NCBI GenBank assembly: GCA_964633865.1 | Contig: CAZWIJ010000007.1 | Coordinates: 20,711-84,710, forward strand | DNA length: 64,000 nt | Source of the DNA: an uncultured Candidatus Saccharibacteria bacterium | GTDB lineage: Bacteria; Patescibacteriota; Minisyncoccia; SW-4-49-11 | Direction: 5' to 3' | Shown: positions 11,038 to 21,691 of the stretch, piece after piece | Layout: the number at the start of each line of letters is the position of its first letter | Position numbering within the stretch: position 1 is the stretch's first letter | Program-made: the position numbers and the translations under genes | Notes under the pieces: generated by a model | Told to the model about the DNA's origin: nothing | What the model saw: the letters and a program-made list of their open reading frames with translations, nothing else | Databases searched by the model: none

Positions 11038-11138
11038 AGAGATAAGACCATTTAGTTCTTTTAGAGATTTTATTACAAATAATAATCTCTAAAACGAGGC
11101 TAAGCTGAATGGCTCTCCCCCGAAAAGGGATTTTTTTG
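11038..11138 (+). ncRNA. Candidate ~100-nt small RNA between tRNA-Leu and 11242 (promoter plus terminator, no ORF).
   Basis: TTGACA (11002..11007), 18-nt spacer, TATACT (11026..11031). Internal hairpin AGAGATT...AATCTCT. Terminator TCCCCCGAAAAGGGA plus T7 at 11116..11137. Confidence 0.3.
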
Positions 11139-11241
11139 TTTTAAAATGATTCGATAATGATTTTTTATAATTTTGTAATAATTACTTGACAAAATTAGAT
11201 ATTAATGTATACTTATAAAGTCAATTTCTGTACTTTCACAA

Positions 11242-12579
11242 ATGAGGTCTTTTATGAGTATTAATTCAATAGATTTATTCAAAAATTTTGTTAAAGCAAT
11301 ATCGAAAGATGGTTACCTACATAATACATTTATCTTATATGGAGTAGAAGTTTGGCTTAAGGAAATATTTGTAACTAATTTTGAGCAAGAAAGTAAATTA
11401 GAAAATGAATTTGAGATATTTATAAAAAATCTAGATCTTATAGATAGCTATGCTAGATTAAATAATCAAGAGATTCATCTTAGTAATTTTTTTGGTATTT
11501 TATTTCAAGTAATATTAGATAAAATAATTTACACTAAGAATATCAGTAAAAAATCGAAATCTGTTAGTAAATTAACAGAACTTTCTAAAAATCAATTATA
11601 TAATCTAAGAAATTATAAATTTATAATTGGTATTATTCTCCACATAGCTGGAGCTATTAACTCATATTCAATTATAAAATCAATACTGAGTGATTTTATA
11701 ATTGATAAATGGGATTCTTATTCTTCTCTTAATAAAGCAAATAATCTTCTTTTAGAAAATATTTATGCATCTAGAATATATTCTGTCCCCAATATATTCT
11801 TAAATAAATCTCTAATTAACAACTTTACTTTACCCAATATATTAACAAATAAAGTTATTTGTTATTCTGATGAAGTGAAAAATTTAAAAAAAAGATTTAA
11901 TTGTTATACAGATTCAAATATTTTAAAGAATGAACTTTTGTGTGGAATATTTATTTATAAAGAAATTCCTAAAGAATTCATTTTAAAAGCAAATGGAAAT
12001 ACATTTATTGCAAATAAAGATACTAATTTATGGTTTTTCATAGATAAAAACGGAGATTTAGCAAGTTTTAACTCTTATTATAAGCTTTCTGTTTTATCTG
12101 AAAGATTTGAACCTAAAAAAGGACCTATTGCTTATGAAATATTGAGAAGTTTAGTATTGACTGAGATAGCGAATTTAATAGTACCAAACTATGCTCTGCC
12201 TAATTTAGGGAATAGTAAGTCAAGAAATAAGTCCAAAAGCAGAAACAATAATATTAGATTTATTGAGAATAAACTTCTTTTGCCGACTATCAAACATCTT
12301 CAATCTTGCAAAGAACAAGATAAAGATTATAAAATAGAGCAATCACGAGATTGTGAATATGAAGAAGAAGGGCGACTTGTTAAAGTCAGAGCCCACTTGA
12401 GAAGACTAAGAGAAGGACAACATGCTGGTGAACAAGCTATTGCTTTTGGCAAAAAACTAAATTGGAATTTTGATCCAACTCAATTTACTTTAGTCAGATC
12501 TCATGAAAGAGAACTTCATTCTATGAATATTCCGATTAATGATACCAAACTTGGTATTTATCGTAATAAATTAGATTAA
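11242..12579 (+). CDS. Hypothetical protein, 445 aa. Its C-terminal domain is paralogous to 47..853.
   Basis: ORF track with conserved C-terminal block (see 47..853). Its own TTGACA/TATACT promoter lies at about 11190-11225. The N-terminal portion is unrelated to 47..853. Confidence 0.55.
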   Translation: MRSFMSINSIDLFKNFVKAISKDGYLHNTFILYGVEVWLKEIFVTNFEQESKLENEFEIFIKNLDLIDSYARLNNQEIHLSNFFGILFQVILDKIIYTKNISKKSKSVSKLTELSKNQLYNLRNYKFIIGIILHIAGAINSYSIIKSILSDFIIDKWDSYSSLNKANNLLLENIYASRIYSVPNIFLNKSLINNFTLPNILTNKVICYSDEVKNLKKRFNCYTDSNILKNELLCGIFIYKEIPKEFILKANGNTFIANKDTNLWFFIDKNGDLASFNSYYKLSVLSERFEPKKGPIAYEILRSLVLTEIANLIVPNYALPNLGNSKSRNKSKSRNNNIRFIENKLLLPTIKHLQSCKEQDKDYKIEQSRDCEYEEEGRLVKVRAHLRRLREGQHAGEQAIAFGKKLNWNFDPTQFTLVRSHERELHSMNIPINDTKLGIYRNKLD

Positions 12580-12649
12580 AATTTCTTTTTCACTATATAA
12601 TTTTTATTTATCCCATGATTTAATTATCTTGGGATTTTTTATTTAAAAA

Positions 12650-12695
12650 AACACATAATTAAAAAGCCTCACTTTTAAGTGAGGCTTTAGTAAAA
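12650..12695. terminator. Bidirectional terminator between the convergent genes 11242..12579 and 12700..14799.
   Basis: AAAAGCCTCACTTTTAAGTGAGGCTTT is a perfect inverted repeat flanked by A and T runs. Confidence 0.65.
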
Positions 12696-12699
12696 TAGA

Positions 12700-14799
12700 T
12701 TAATCTTTCATTTGTTTGATCAATTTCTCAAACTCTTGTTTTTGTTCTGGATAAAGAGGTCCAGAACTTTTGCCTCTAATTAAATCATAAATTAATGACT
12801 TTTCTTTCTCATTTAATTTTTCTCCTTGTTTCAGCTTAAGTATCACAGGGCTATATCTAAGAATACTTTTTTGTAGTCTGACATCTTCACAGATTTGCTT
12901 GGCTTTCTCAAGTTCAATATGCATTCTGATGGGAAGCCACTTATAAAAAGTGTCTTTTCTTTGAAAATAACCATCATAAATTTCTCTCAAATTACCTAAA
13001 AAATTGTCTCTACATTTAACTTTTTTACCAGTTTTTTCATCGATATACATAATATAGTCAGGTGGAATTTGTTTATGAAATTTCATATACCAAATTAGAT
13101 TCCAGACTTGAAGATATTTTTCTATAATCTCTCTTTTCCAGAAACACTCAAAGAATTCTACCTGTTCTTGAGTAGCATTGGTATAAGTTTTTCTTGAAGA
13201 ACATTTTACACATTTACGTCCCAAATCAATCATCTCTCCTTTAAAAGGCTCAATTTTGTAATTGAGAAGAGGTCTTTTACCATTAGTTTGGATAAAAATT
13301 TTCAGTTTTTCCCAAATATCTTGATCAGAGAGAATATTAAAGTTTTGAATTTTCTCTCTACAATATATTAAATCTTGATTTAATTGAAAAATTTTTGCCC
13401 CCATAGAAATACTATGATGAATAAAATTATGAAGATTTTTCCCCATCTTCTCTTCATCTATATCTTTAGAAGTTCTAGAAGGAATTTTATAATGATTCTG
13501 CATAAAATAGAGAGCTTCTTTCAGATAATAATCTCTTTCAGTTAATACAGAATCATATTTTGTAAACCAATTGTCATAATAATTAGATCTCTTTGTTAAG
13601 CAAAAATGATGTTCATTCTCTTGATTAATAATAATTTTAGATTCTTCTCCTAATATCTCATGTATTTTAGCAACAGCTTGTGCTGTATATGATGCATATC
13701 TAACTATACGATGATTATATGGAAGATAAAATAATGATTTATTAGGTAAATTTAACAAATAAGTTCTTCTAGAATCTTCATCTTTCATATTAGGAATTTT
13801 ATCACCTTCAATAATATATAGACTACTATCATAACTATTATTGTCTGATAAACTTTCCATAATTATTATTGACTTAGAATAACTAAGAAGACTTACCATA
13901 TAATATTTTTGCTTTCTTGAAGGAGCTTGCTCTATACTATAGATAACATTCTTTAAATTTCCATCTTCATCTACATGTCCAATCTGATCAAGAATAAATA
14001 CTAAATTTAAATATCTTTCTTGAGCTATCAAAGAATTAATATCTTCTGCTTCTGAATTTGAATTTTGAATTAGATTCTCATCTTCTTCAAATTGGTCAGA
14101 TTTAGAATTAATTAATTCAGTATTAGCCAAATAATCTTGAATTTGCTCAACAATTTTTAAAGAATAATTATCTTTATGCTCAAATCTATAGACATTTGGT
14201 ATAGAATTTAACTCTTCCTTAGTTTTCCCAAGATACCATTCTCTTTTCTTATCACCAAAGATAAGATAAATCACATTTCCATATACAAAGCTCTCAAGAA
14301 TCATTATATTTGCTTTCAGGTTTTTTAGTGAGAAAGCAATATAACTGTGTTTTCTTACAGTATTTGGATCTGGAATGCCTCTTGTATATTCAATATTCAA
14401 AAGGCATTTTGCTAAATCTTGTTCTTGATAAATTTCTTTTAGAATTTCAAAAAAATTCTTTAGATAGTCTAAGTTTAGATAGTTATTAATCTCAAAATTT
14501 CCTTGATTAGGATCAATTAATAAATCTGGATCATCGGTAGGAACTCCATATTTATTCCAATTTATAGGAAAGAGTCTATCTAGACTAGATAAAACTATCC
14601 CTGATAGAATATTGTGTTGTTCTTTTTCCTTAACTAAATTAAGAAATGGGGATCCAGAAGTGTATTCTTGTTTAATTTCTCTTAACCAAGCAGACATTTC
14701 TTGTGATTTAAAAATCAGTCTTGCTGATGCATTACTAAATTTAATATTCTGATAATAAGTAATCAGCTCATCTAATTTGATAATGATTGGGTCATTCAT
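12700..14799 (-). CDS. Large orphan protein (699 aa) with no recognisable catalytic motifs.
   Basis: Long intact ORF with no Walker A, HExxH, HNH or DDE signature seen. Convergent with the paralog-family gene. Confidence 0.5.
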   Translation of the reverse strand: MNDPIIIKLDELITYYQNIKFSNASARLIFKSQEMSAWLREIKQEYTSGSPFLNLVKEKEQHNILSGIVLSSLDRLFPINWNKYGVPTDDPDLLIDPNQGNFEINNYLNLDYLKNFFEILKEIYQEQDLAKCLLNIEYTRGIPDPNTVRKHSYIAFSLKNLKANIMILESFVYGNVIYLIFGDKKREWYLGKTKEELNSIPNVYRFEHKDNYSLKIVEQIQDYLANTELINSKSDQFEEDENLIQNSNSEAEDINSLIAQERYLNLVFILDQIGHVDEDGNLKNVIYSIEQAPSRKQKYYMVSLLSYSKSIIIMESLSDNNSYDSSLYIIEGDKIPNMKDEDSRRTYLLNLPNKSLFYLPYNHRIVRYASYTAQAVAKIHEILGEESKIIINQENEHHFCLTKRSNYYDNWFTKYDSVLTERDYYLKEALYFMQNHYKIPSRTSKDIDEEKMGKNLHNFIHHSISMGAKIFQLNQDLIYCREKIQNFNILSDQDIWEKLKIFIQTNGKRPLLNYKIEPFKGEMIDLGRKCVKCSSRKTYTNATQEQVEFFECFWKREIIEKYLQVWNLIWYMKFHKQIPPDYIMYIDEKTGKKVKCRDNFLGNLREIYDGYFQRKDTFYKWLPIRMHIELEKAKQICEDVRLQKSILRYSPVILKLKQGEKLNEKEKSLIYDLIRGKSSGPLYPEQKQEFEKLIKQMKD

Positions 14800-14965
14800 A
14801 AGAAAAATCCCTCTTTATTAAAGTGCAATTGACTTTAGTATTCTAACACAGTTTATCTTTTTGTCAATATATTGTTACATTATTAGAGCCTATAAAAGAA
14901 AAAAGACTAACTCGTGTTAGTCTTTGGATATTAAATTTCTATCAGTATATTATCTAGTAATTACT

Positions 14966-15136
14966 CTAATCTCTTATTAAAGTTAGTACTTCATTTATAA
15001 TTTCTTTATTCTTCAAATGAATTACTAAGTTGTATTTTTTACAATTAATTAATAAAATATGATCTATAATGGTAACACCATTATTTTGTGTTCTAATTGA
15101 CGTATTTGTTATCCCAAATTTTGAGACTTCTATCAT
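14966..15136 (-). CDS. Candidate 56-aa small protein (MIEVSKFGITNTSIRTQNNGVTIIDHILLINCKKYNLVIHLKNKEIINEVLTLIRD). It is not in the ORF track.
   Basis: Preceded by a near-consensus promoter on the minus strand (TTGACA at 15190..15195, TATAAT at 15166..15171) and followed by a hairpin terminator at about 14900..14932. No obvious SD. Confidence 0.25.
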   Translation of the reverse strand: MIEVSKFGITNTSIRTQNNGVTIIDHILLINCKKYNLVIHLKNKEIINEVLTLIRD

Positions 15137-15216
15137 ATAGTTTTAAAATGTACATTACAATAGAAATTATATCACAATAAGAGATTTTTGTCAATAGTAA
15201 TTTACATAAAATTTAT

Positions 15217-17175
<1,959 letters not shown>

Positions 17176-17599
17176 TTAAATTCTTTCTCTTATACTTAAT
17201 AGTATACCTTATTTTGTAATTTTTGTCATTATCCAAAAAATAAAAAGACCCCCCAATTAAGAGTGATCCAAGAAAATTATATTAATTAAAAATTAAATGT
17301 GTTCCTAATCTTCATCAAAAGAACCTTCTTCAAGATCAAGATATTCACACAAACTATCAAGATCTTTAGAATCGAGACCCTCAGTGTAAGAACAATCTTC
17401 TTCTGAATCTGAAAACAATACTACATAGGTATTACCATTATAAAGCAATGTAGCACCACATCTTGATCTTTATTACGAATCTCTAAGAGCATATTGTTTT
17501 AAATATACAAATTATATTAAATTGGTTTTGTTCCACATAGAACAAATTATTTGGCTTTTCAATATAAAAATAGCCTCCTAAATTTAGGAGGCTATAAAA

Positions 17600-17860
17600 T
17601 TAATTATTGTTCAAGCTGTATTCTAATATCATTTTATCAATTAAAACTTTAGCTTCTTTTAAATTTTTCGCATGGAAGCATATTCCGCTCCCACCGAAAC
17701 ATTGATCATTCCATTTATCTTTATAGTGAGAAGCATATCCCACCCAAAAAAGATCTCTTTCTCGATCATAGGCAAGATCTACAACCTCACCCATAAAAAC
17801 AACCTCCCATTTCTCCAAATCATTGAAACTTTGTTCAATAATTTTGTCAAAATGATCCAT
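17600..17860 (-). CDS. Small Cys-containing protein (86 aa), paralog of 18044..18250.
   Basis: Shared W-E-[VL]-x8-L-x2-D-x4-LFW block. Own promoter (TTGACA, 17-nt spacer, TATATT, RBS GAGAGG) at about 17870..17930. Confidence 0.4.
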   Translation of the reverse strand: MDHFDKIIEQSFNDLEKWEVVFMGEVVDLAYDRERDLFWVGYASHYKDKWNDQCFGGSGICFHAKNLKEAKVLIDKMILEYSLNNN

Positions 17861-18043
17861 TTAAACCTCTCAATCAATAAGTGTACAAATTTAAATATAT
17901 CATCAATATTAGTTTTTGTCAATCTATATTTACTAAAATTTAATTTTTATATTTATATTAAAAAATATAAAATAAAAAAACAAGACATACTATATAAAGT
18001 GTGTCTTATCTTAAAATTAAATATAATTCTTAATTAAAATTTA

Positions 18044-18250
18044 TTATTCTCTAGAAGCTAAACAAGATTCTTCAAAAGTTTTATATGGCCCGAATACAGC
18101 TCCACATTCAAGCCAAAATAGGCTATTTTGGGTATCTTTATAAAGATTAAAGAAACCCAATTCTGTTATTAATTCCCAGTTTTGACAGTTTTTTAGACTA
18201 TCTTGAGTAATCTTTTCATCTAAACTTTCAGATTTATTTTTAGTTACCAT
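18044..18250 (-). CDS. Small Cys-containing protein (68 aa), paralog of 17600..17860.
   Basis: Consensus promoter TTGACA (18304..18309), 17-nt spacer, TATGAT (18281..18286). Hairpin terminator at about 18000..18030. Confidence 0.4.
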   Translation of the reverse strand: MVTKNKSESLDEKITQDSLKNCQNWELITELGFFNLYKDTQNSLFWLECGAVFGPYKTFEESCLASRE

Positions 18251-18375
18251 GTTAAATTTATATGATAAATTTACATACTTATCATATCTTATTTTAATAA
18301 TTTTGTCAATAGTAATTTACTAAAAATATTTTTAATTGTTTTTGATATATTAATTTTAATTATGTAGGTATAATC

Positions 18376-18975
18376 TTGACATTTTATATAAAAGTGATAT
18401 ACTTCTTATCGTACTTTATAAGAAAGATTATGTCATTAGAAAAATTTAAGTTTGATCAAGATCTTGTTATTTATTGTGATAACTTTAAATTAATACCAAT
18501 AGATATAGCATATACTGGAGAAATGTTTAGATCGATCTCGGATAATACCGTAAAGTTCACTTCTTTTAACAAACCAAGATGTCTTGATGAGACTCTTGAA
18601 TTTGTAAATTCAGCTATCAATCAAAATTCCAATAACGAATCTTTGATTATGATGATTCTGGAGGAAAAACCTAATAAGTTTATAGGTATGGTTGGTTTGC
18701 ATGAGCTAAAATCACATTCTCCTAAAATAGGAATTTGGATAAAAGACTCTTTTCACGGAAAAGGTATAGGAAAGAAATCTGCAAAAGCTATAATAACCTA
18801 TCTCACAGAAAAGTATTCTTTTTATAAAGAAGTAATTTATCCTGTTGCCAAAAACAATATTCCCAGCCGAAAAATTGCTGAGAATTTGGGAGGAGTACTT
18901 GATCAAAATTATAGCTCAAAATCTAAAAAATATGAATTGATCAGGTATATTATTAATTTAAGGAAAATAAGTTGA
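18376..18975 (+). CDS. GNAT family N-acetyltransferase (RimJ/RimL-like).
   Basis: Acetyl-CoA-binding motif HGKGIGKKSAKAII. Confidence 0.7.
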   Translation: MTFYIKVIYFLSYFIRKIMSLEKFKFDQDLVIYCDNFKLIPIDIAYTGEMFRSISDNTVKFTSFNKPRCLDETLEFVNSAINQNSNNESLIMMILEEKPNKFIGMVGLHELKSHSPKIGIWIKDSFHGKGIGKKSAKAIITYLTEKYSFYKEVIYPVAKNNIPSRKIAENLGGVLDQNYSSKSKKYELIRYIINLRKIS

Positions 18976-19381
18976 GCAAAAAAGCCAAAAATATAATTTA
19001 GATATTGATTTGCAATTTGTGCTAAGATAAATTATCTTAGCTTTTTATTTTAATATTAATGATAACTTGTTGATATTTTGTTGGTAACTCAGTTTTTTAT
19101 ATGGATAAATGTCTAATAACTTTGTTTATAATTATTAAGTTATGCATAGTTTAATTTAATCCACATATTTATATACATTTTATACATAAATAATCCACAT
19201 ACTTATCATTTTTGAAAACCTAATTCCAGACTATCTTTTATTTACTTTTCAACATATCCACAGGCTCTACTACTATTACTACTATATATTTATATATAAT
19301 AAGATAAAGAATAAAAGGTCTATATTTTTTAATCAATTTGGTATATAATTTAAGTATATAAGTAATTAACACTGGTAAGAT
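18976..19381. promoter_or_regulatory. Candidate replication origin (oriC) with a DnaA-box cluster and an AT-rich unwinding stretch upstream of dnaN.
   Basis: Four 8/9 matches to TTATCCACA (19100..19108 rc, 19157..19165, 19191..19199, 19254..19262), and a perfect box just after dnaN (20515..20523). A very AT-rich run sits at 19261..19330. Gene strand bias switches here. Confidence 0.5.
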
Positions 19382-20491
19382 ATGAATTTCACATGTTTGC
19401 AAGAAAATTTATTAAAAGGATTACAAATAGCTAGACAATCTTCTACAAAACAATCTATGCTACCTATATTACAAAACTATCTTTTAGAAGAAAGAGAAGG
19501 ATCTTTGATTTTAACTACAACAAATTTAGAAATTAGTATAAAAACCTATATCAGAGGTAAACAAGAAGGTAAAGGAAAAATTACAATACCACAAGATAAA
19601 TTATTAAATTATATAAAAAATTTACCACAAGATAAAATAGAAATATCTTTGGAAGAAAATACTCTAAATGTCAAAAGTGGAAATGAATTTAAAGCTAAAT
19701 TCAATGGTATGGATGCTAATGATTTTCCAGAAATACCTAATATAGAATCTAAATTAGATATAAATTTATCTACACAAGATCTAAAAGAAGCTTTTAAGAT
19801 GACAATTAATTCTCTTCCCAAAAATGATTTTAGACCAGAAATATCAGGAGTTTTATTAATGGAAAAAGAAGGAAAGTTATTTTTTGTGGGAACAGATGGT
19901 TTTAGATTAGCTGAGAAAAAGATATCTAATGTTAATTTAACGAGTACTAATTTTCAATTTATTATTCCAGCTAAAACAGTACAAGAATGCAACAGAATTT
20001 TAGATTTAGTAGATGACGAAGATGTGAAATTATCTTTTAATGATAATCAAATGTCAATGATACTTTCTTCAGTAGAGTTAACATCAAAATTAATTGAAGG
20101 GAAATATCCTCAATATGAGGGGTTAATTCCTACTAGTTTTGAAAAAAGTTTTTCAGTGGATAAGAATAGTCTGATTCAAGCTATAAGATTATCTTCTGTT
20201 TTTTCTGATGATAATATTCATGATGTTAAATTTTATTTAGTGAATAATCAAACTTTAGAAATTCAGAGTGAAACAGACAGTTATGGTGAGAATAAAACAC
20301 AAATAACTTGTCAACTGACAGGTGAAGCTGATTTTATAATCAATTTTAACTATAGTTTTATTATGGACGGGTTATCTTTGATTAAAGGTGATCTTATTAA
20401 GTTTTTTCTTAATGAGACTGATTCTCCTGTGATTATGAAGGGTGAAGATTCAGAGCAATTTTTTTATCTAGTGATGCCAATCAGAGGATAA
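19382..20491 (+). CDS. dnaN: DNA polymerase III beta sliding clamp.
   Basis: Three-domain ~370-aa protein with N-terminus MNFTCLQENLLKGLQIA...MLPIL and C-terminal LVMPIR. Confidence 0.9.
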   Translation: MNFTCLQENLLKGLQIARQSSTKQSMLPILQNYLLEEREGSLILTTTNLEISIKTYIRGKQEGKGKITIPQDKLLNYIKNLPQDKIEISLEENTLNVKSGNEFKAKFNGMDANDFPEIPNIESKLDINLSTQDLKEAFKMTINSLPKNDFRPEISGVLLMEKEGKLFFVGTDGFRLAEKKISNVNLTSTNFQFIIPAKTVQECNRILDLVDDEDVKLSFNDNQMSMILSSVELTSKLIEGKYPQYEGLIPTSFEKSFSVDKNSLIQAIRLSSVFSDDNIHDVKFYLVNNQTLEIQSETDSYGENKTQITCQLTGEADFIINFNYSFIMDGLSLIKGDLIKFFLNETDSPVIMKGEDSEQFFYLVMPIRG

Positions 20492-20619
20492 AATTTAAAT
20501 AAGTGTTGATAACTTGTGGATAAATAATGATAAGGTGTGTATAAGTAAATATATAGTGATATTTTAACCTGATATTAGATAATTATCTAGTAAATTATAA
20601 TAATTTAAATATAAATAAT

Positions 20620-21555
20620 ATGTCAGAATATATACCAAAAAATAATCTAGACTCTAATTTGGAATCAGATTTAGATATAGAAAATTCCATTGATAATGAA
20701 GAATTAAACAATATTTCTAAAAATGAACCTGAAGAATTAGATTTACAAAATGATTCCAGAAAAGAAATTGAATTAAAAATTGAAGAAGTAAGAGCTGATT
20801 TAGATAAATTAGAAGCTGAATTAAAGGCAGACGAAGAGCATAAAAAATTAAAAGAAGATTATTTGAATGATAAAATAACTTATGAAGAATTATCTAAATC
20901 AGTAGTTGATATTTATAATAGTTATCCAAATGAAATATTAAAAGAAAAAAGTATTAAATTTATAAATAGTCATGAAATTAGAGATAAAAATATAGAAAAT
21001 GAACAGGAAGTATATAAAAAGTTGAAACAAGACTTTTTATATGACAAAATTGATTATAAACAAGTATATGAAGTTTTAATTAATTTAGATCAAAAAATAC
21101 AAGATAGACAACTTTCTATTGAGAATATTAAATTTTTAGAAGATCCAGAAATTAAAGCAAAATATTTAGAAAATAAAGAAGATATTACTCAGATATCAGA
21201 ATATTATTCAGAGTTATCTTTTGCTTATTGGCATGCAGCACAATATAAATTGTTTAATGAAGAAGGTATAGAAAAAGAAGCTATATCTTTGATTGAAACT
21301 GATCTTGATTATAGAGAAAAATCAGTATTAGCTAATCCTGAGGCATATATTGGAGCTGAAGATAGAGACTATTATGCATTAGCTACAATAGCTTACCTTA
21401 AAAAAGATTTAGATGAATTAGAAAATATTTATTCTAAAATGACTCAAGATGAAAATCATCCGACTTTTTGTAATACCCAAATAGTTGAGAGATTTGTTAA
21501 AGGTCTAAAAGAAAGAGGAAAAATTGATTATAAAAAAGATTATCAAGATTTATAG
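20620..21555 (+). CDS. Acidic hypothetical protein (311 aa).
   Basis: ORF track; D/E/K-rich with no motif. Confidence 0.4.
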   Translation: MSEYIPKNNLDSNLESDLDIENSIDNEELNNISKNEPEELDLQNDSRKEIELKIEEVRADLDKLEAELKADEEHKKLKEDYLNDKITYEELSKSVVDIYNSYPNEILKEKSIKFINSHEIRDKNIENEQEVYKKLKQDFLYDKIDYKQVYEVLINLDQKIQDRQLSIENIKFLEDPEIKAKYLENKEDITQISEYYSELSFAYWHAAQYKLFNEEGIEKEAISLIETDLDYREKSVLANPEAYIGAEDRDYYALATIAYLKKDLDELENIYSKMTQDENHPTFCNTQIVERFVKGLKERGKIDYKKDYQDL

Positions 21556-21691
21556 TAATTAAAATAAATTCTCTTTGCAAATATAAAGACTCTCTATACT
21601 AAATAAAATTAGGTAAAGAGAGTCTTTTTTTATAATATTTTGATTTTTTATAAATAAGAGTTATAATTAAAAATATAATTATAAAAAATTT

